From Camelus dromedarius (lineage: Eukaryota), in contig NC_087444.1 in the NCBI RefSeq assembly GCF_036321535.1, positions 73,718,001 through 73,782,000 on the forward strand: a DNA stretch of 64,000 nt, written 5' to 3'. This document shows, one piece after another, positions 51,052 through 64,000 of the stretch. The translations under genes were made by a program, and so were the position numbers. Within the stretch, counting starts at the first letter, position 1. The number at the start of each line of letters is the position of its first letter. The notes beneath the pieces were generated by a model that worked only from the letters and a program-made list of their open reading frames with translations, was not told the DNA's origin and did no database searches.

Positions 51052-51070
51052 TGGCCACCAGATGGCGCTA
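51052..51070 (+). promoter_or_regulatory. CTCF motif
   Basis: TGGCCACCAGATGGCGCTA is a near-perfect CTCF core consensus. Confidence 0.85.
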
Positions 51071-51799
51071 GATGCATTTCGCAGCTGCACCTGAGGCCAG
51101 AGCTGGCTGTGATGGGGTTACCATTTAAGCTGAGATTTATTTACCGTTTACTTTAAATATGGTTTTTCTTTTTCTCAACTTAACCTTATTCTTCATTACT
51201 TTTTCTTATAACAAGGAATATATATATTTTCCTCTTATTATCATGTTTATATGTTACTAGGTGCTTCTGCATAAAACATAATTAATTTTTATCAATTTCT
51301 TTGATTGGTTATTACTCAGAATTGGTGCTTAGCATTCACAGTTAGACCAAATCTGATTTTTTGGACTTATTACTTATTGTCCTTTTTTTAGAAACCAAGA
51401 AAAATGTTTGTATCCAAAAGCATGACTGTTGAACATGATTAGTGGAATTGAGGCATTTACAGCTTCCGAAAACCAAAGCTACAAAAAAACATTTTATTAT
51501 ATATAAATCCAAGAACTTTCTGTGAATCTTGCAGAATTTTGATTAAATTAAATGAAGATTCACATTTTTGTTCTTTCCGCTCCTTGTATATTTACTATTT
51601 TCAAATGAAGAACCTTCTTAAGCATGAAGATCACAAAATATTTTGAAAAAAATCAATTTTCTGAAGCTATTAAGGGCTACAGTCCTCTAAGTATTGCATA
51701 ATTAAATACACTTAATGTTTACAAATATTCATTTCCCCCAGAATTCGACAACTTTTTGAATAAAGCCAGAAAATCAGAAGCACAAGACAAATTCTGTTG

Positions 51800-52000
51800 T
51801 CAAAAATAACAAGAGCAATTTTATAGCACTGTCTACATGCCAGGCCCTGTTCTAAGCACTTTACATTTAATAATTCATTTAATCCTTAGTATAGCCTTAA
51901 TGGTTGAGTACTATTATCCTCTTTTTAAACATGAGAAAACTGAGACTCAGAGAGGTGCACTGACTTCCCCAAGGTCACACAGCTGTTAGCTTGTTAAAAA
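51800..52000. mobile_element. MIR
   Basis: gccaggccctgttctaagcactttac...gagaaaactgagactcagagagg...cccaaggtcacacagct. Confidence 0.75.
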
Positions 52001-52219
52001 ACAGTTGATCTCTGAGGAGGCAACGTAAAAGGGTTCTCTGAAATGCGAATGTGTGTATCCCAATAATTCTCATCTTCACACTAAGTGTCTCATTTGCAAT
52101 GAAAAGTGGTCAAATGAAGCAAGAATGCTATGTAAGCCTGCTGGCATCTTCCAACAGAATGTCTGTTTCACACAGAAAAGGCCTGGGCCATTTTAAAATG
52201 TCTACAAATGCAAAACAAG

Positions 52220-52443
52220 AAACAAAGTTCTTTTATGTGATAAGCTGCAATCCTATCAGATCTGTTGCTTATTTTGTTATTTAACCAACACTCACATCAG
52301 CTTGCTAAGCGCCAGACATTGTCCGTGGACAACAAACAAAGTTCTTTTATGCGATAAGCTGTAAGCATTAGCTCTGTTGCTTATTTTGTTATTTAACCAA
52401 CACTCACATCAGCTTGCTAAGCGCCAGGCATTGTCCGTGGACA
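52220..52443. repeat. Tandem duplication, ~114-bp period, 2 copies
   Basis: aaacaaagttcttttatg...gcgccag(a/g)cattgtccgtggaca begins at 52220 and 52334. Confidence 0.9.
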
Positions 52444-52444
52444 G

Positions 52445-52700
52445 CAGCTCTCAAAATCTTTGGTCCTGAGACCAATTGACACTCTTTTTTCTTTTTCTAA
52501 CAGAGGCACTGGGGGTTGAATTCAGGACCTCGCGCATGATAAGCAGGGGCTTTACCACTGCCTGTACTCCCATCCCTGACTTTACACTCTTAAAAATCAC
52601 CGAGGACCCTTAAGAGCTTTAATTAATGTGGGTAACATCTATCAATGTTTAGAGGATTAGAAATACAACAGAAAATTAACAAAATATTCATTAATTCATT
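52445..52700. mobile_element. hAT-Charlie-type DNA transposon remnant with a camelid SINE inserted at ~52485-52577
   Basis: ctctcaaaatctttggtcctgagacc...tttacactcttaaaaatcaccgaggaccc; subfamily uncertain. Confidence 0.5.
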
Positions 52701-53097
52701 TAAAAGTCACAATATTTATCAACTATATTTCGATTTTTTAAGTAAAGTAAAAATCACAATACTTAATCTATTGCACATTATATTTCTCTGTTTAATCCTA
52801 GTTGCTGCTGCATCAAGTGACTTTCAAAAACTGGATTTGCCTCTCTGAGCCTCAGTTTCCTTGGGAGGGACTCTGCCTTCTTTATCTCATAACAATGGCT
52901 ACTTGCCCTTTCCTGATCAGTCCCTTAGGATTCAAATCTAAGATAAAAATCTGGCTGAGGTCTTTATCTGGGGCCCAGTCACTAGCCAGCAACTGAATTG
53001 GTTGCTAGAGTCAGGGATTCTCCCTGGATGCAATCAGCACTGATCACCGGGAGATACAGGGAAGCAAAGAAGCTTTTGGCTGCAAGTCACACACACA

Positions 53098-53138
<41 letters not shown>

Positions 53139-53929
53139 CATTGCTGTACACAGAAACTACCACAACATTGCAAATGAACTCTACTTCAATTTTTTTTAAA
53201 TAACTAAAAAAGAAAAAAGATTAAAAAAGAAAAACACAATTGCAAATAACAAAAGACAGATGACCTGACAAACATGGCTTAAATGGGTTTTTGCTTTGCA
53301 TTTTTTTTTTTTTTAACAAAACAACCCAGACATCAGAGGTTTCATGGTGGGACCAGCCCTGGGATCTTATCTTTGTGCCCTGCCTCCTTCAGTGTGTGGG
53401 CAATTGCCACTCTTGGGCATGAAATGGCTGCAGCTGCTCCAACCATCACACCTGCAGGTAATCATAGGCAAAACAGAAAAGGAAGAAAAGAAGAAGGCAC
53501 CCTTCCTGGGTGTTTCATCAAGGAAAGAGCTTTCCCAGAGACCAGAAGACAAATTTCCCCTTGTGTCCTGTTGGCCCGTGGCCTTCCCTTGAGCAATCGT
53601 TGACAAAAGAGAATGAGGGGGCGTGGCAATGGTTGGCTGCTGCGAGTGATTGCTGGATATACCACAGAGACTGCCCAATAGTCCCACAGGGCCTCCCTCC
53701 AAAAACTAGGCATGACTGCGTTAGATAGATAAGTGGGGGCACTGGGCAGATAGGTGGAGGAGAGGGAGGATGGTCCGGAAGGTGGCATTATGCCCACCTG
53801 CAGCACAAAGGGGCTTTACTTCTTCTAAATGAGTGCCAGCAAGAAGCCAGTTAGAACACGACATGCTCAACTGCTCCACAGTGAGGACTTAACAGGACAT
53901 GACCCAGTGCTCACAGTAATATAATTAAC

Positions 53930-54300
53930 ATTGAAGTTTAGGCGCCCCACCACCACCCCATGGGTTTTTCTGTGTACACCATGGTAAGGACATGTGCAAA
54001 GGGGCCAAATATGACTAAGCGTTCCAGGGGCAAGAGCCGTCAATCAGTCAAAAGACCACCTCTAAGCCAGGATATAAGAGAACAGGCAGACAAAGACCGC
54101 TGCTTTTCCTCCCTTGATCACCCTGCCTCCCGTTCTTGGAGGTGTACTTTTCCTCTTTTAAATAGATCCTTTAAAATCTTTTGCTACACAGTGCACCATC
54201 TCCGGACTGTAATCGAATCTTTTGCGTATGACAAAAACAAGGGTCTTTTCCCATTTCCTTTTGGGATAACACCTGGTCCTAATGCCCTGCTCTTTTGACA
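53930..54300 (+). mobile_element. ERV1-type solo LTR
   Basis: TATA-like gatataagag, ggaggtgtactt R-region motif, ends ...cttttgaCA; start approximate. Confidence 0.5.
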
Positions 54301-54847
54301 CTTCCACACAGCAATTGTTAAGGTGTGTATGTGTGAAATGGCCAAGATTAGGAGACATGGCAGGACACAGAGAGATAACAGGGCTTACATTGTATGGACT
54401 TCTTCATGTTAGCCCCTCCAACAATCGAGTGTCATGACTCACTCCACACCCACCGGTGCCCATCATCTGCAGTACCGGCAGTAGATGCTGGGAAACTGGA
54501 AGAGGAGGGGCAGGGGCAGCTCTGGGTGTACAAAGATCCCTTTGGGGCCAAACTAGAGGCCAGGACAAGGATCTGGGCAGGAGAAGACAAGATGTGAGCA
54601 GAAGCCAAGAAGAAGAGACTGGAATGCACAGTGGGGCTATCCCCAGGATAAGGAGGTGGGGGAGGCACAGGGAGAATATTTGTGACAAAGTGGAAAAAAT
54701 CTTCCCTATCAGAGAAACCCCCAGGACACTGGGGATTAGGATTGCTGGGTCCTTGAAATGGTTTGAAGACCAGGATTCCTGGTTAAGAGCCTAGAGTCTC
54801 AGAGTTACATCATTGGAGATGACAGCTAACGTCTTGTTCTTTGGCAT

Positions 54848-55102
54848 TTTATTTCAAAATTGCAGCGAGAAAAAAAAAAAATCAGCGGCAGCACGGGGAG
54901 ATCCGGCTGAAGGACGGAGATGCAGAGTCAGGATCAAGGTGTATCCTTGACACCACAACACGGAGCAGCTGGGAGTCCAGGTCCCCAAGGCCTGAGCGGC
55001 GGGGCTAGGGGCCAAGACGCCTGGCTCTGGCCCTTATGGCTTTGGGAGTGTAACGTGGGAGCGCCGGAGATCCAGGCGTCCCGGGCCCCCCTCCCCTTTA
55101 TT
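54848..55102 (-). terminator. Two poly(A) signals in the BCAT2 3' UTR
   Basis: AATAAA on minus at 55097-55102 (proximal) and 54848-54853 (distal). Confidence 0.65.
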
Positions 55103-55208
55103 TCATATTGCACTTCAGGTGAGTCATTGGTATGGAGGCGAAGATCCAACGGAGACGGGATGCTACAGGTCAGTGGGTCCATGGAGTGGTGGGGCACAGC
55201 CCACAGCG

Positions 55209-62800
<7,592 letters not shown>

Positions 62801-64000
62801 CTGGGGGTGGAAACAGAAGTAAGAAAGGTGAGGAGGCCGGGAGAGAGAGGGAGCAGGGGGTCCAGACACCACCTTTGTCACCTCCTGCACTTGGGAGGTC
62901 CCTCTGGCCTGCTCTGTCCCAGGCCCAGTGCATTCTAGGCAGGGCATGTGGCCCTGACCAAGAGGAGATCCTGAAGGAGGCCAAGCCCCATCTCTGCCTC
63001 CACGAGGCCATCCCTACAAAGAACTGAATCAGCTCGCATCCCTTCCTCCATGCTGGAGCAAAGTCAAACACAGGCACCTCCCACCCCAGGGAACTTTGGC
63101 CCCAGCCCTGAGGCCAGTTCAGACTGAAGACGACAAGGGAAGGTGTGCAGGTAAGTGAAGGCTTCCCTGGGGGACCCAAAACCAGAAGATTTAGAAAAGT
63201 GAGGGACCTATAGGTCACACTCCGCCGGCCCCTCCTCCCTCAGAACCCGAAATCTGGGCAGTCAGCCCCATCTTCCCTCAGACCCAGGATTCCAGGCCCT
63301 AGCCCCCTCCTCCCTCAGACCCAGAAGTCCAAGTCCTTATCCTTTCTGATCAACTGGGCTCAGCTTATCTGAAGCCACAATCCCACACCAGTGATCCCAG
63401 TTCCTTTCAGATCCCAGAACTGAGGGGCAGCCACATGGACCTGGGACCACCCCAGTCACCAAAGGACACTGCTCAGATGAACACTTCCCTTGTGGTCCTG
63501 CCCGAGGCCAGCAGGGGAGAGTAGGTTTGACTGTGTCCAGCATGGTAAACTTTCATCAGTGGTCTTTGACTTCACAATGCCTCTTTCCTCAGCCCAGGGT
63601 GAAGGCAGCTGTGTCATGAGGTTGGGAGAGGCGGAAGAGCCTAGCCCGCTCCTGCCCTATGGGTGAACTGACACCAATCACTGAGAACGGATGTGAGTGG
63701 CCGAAGTCACTGGTCAGTAGGTGAGTCATGGGCAGAGGCGGGCTGCAGGGTTGTAATGTCCTAAAGTCTAGGCCATGACATCCAAGCCGAGGGCTTCTGG
63801 GATGCGGGTGTGGGAGCAGAGGGCTTCTGGGATGATCAGCATGTGGGTCCCAGGCATGGCCTCTAGGTGGCAATGTGTAGCCTGCTCAAGCCTTAAGCCA
63901 CGTTTCTGTATAGGAGGGGACAGGACACCCAGAGTATAGAGAAAATGTGGACACCCAGGAGAAAGCCAGCATGTAGTGCAGGAAAGCAGCCCTCAGAAGG

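Overview
Mammalian genomic DNA, almost certainly from a camelid. It carries ~17 copies of a tRNA-Ala-derived SINE of the Vic-1 type, and the 4 short N-gaps suggest a short-read assembly. The window is syntenic with human 19q13.33 and holds six protein-coding genes: MAMSTR (-), RASIP1 (-), IZUMO1 (-), FUT1 (-), FGF21 (+) and BCAT2 (-; coding exon 1 lies beyond the right edge). I reconstructed all exon chains by hand with GT-AG boundaries and consistent phase. One RASIP1 exon is missing and falls in an N-gap. The ~22 kb between FGF21 and BCAT2 is mostly repeats (L1, L2, MIR, MaLR/ERV LTRs, DNA transposons, SINEs), with a processed RPL9 pseudogene and two strong CTCF motifs. I found no convincing new protein-coding gene or novel system. 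The best second-look items are (1) an RPL9 retrocopy inserted inside a camelid SINE and carrying a 23-bp micro-inversion, (2) a homotypic ETS/FOX:ETS cluster in a RASIP1 intron, (3) recurrent inverted pairs of ZNF143/THAP11 motifs inside genes, (4) dispersed copies of the 37-bp 'chromosome-19' minisatellite unit, (5) an old ~60-bp tandem array in a RASIP1 intron and (6) an LTR fragment apparently retroposed by L1. Gene and repeat-family names come from memory of orthologous sequences, not from database searches.
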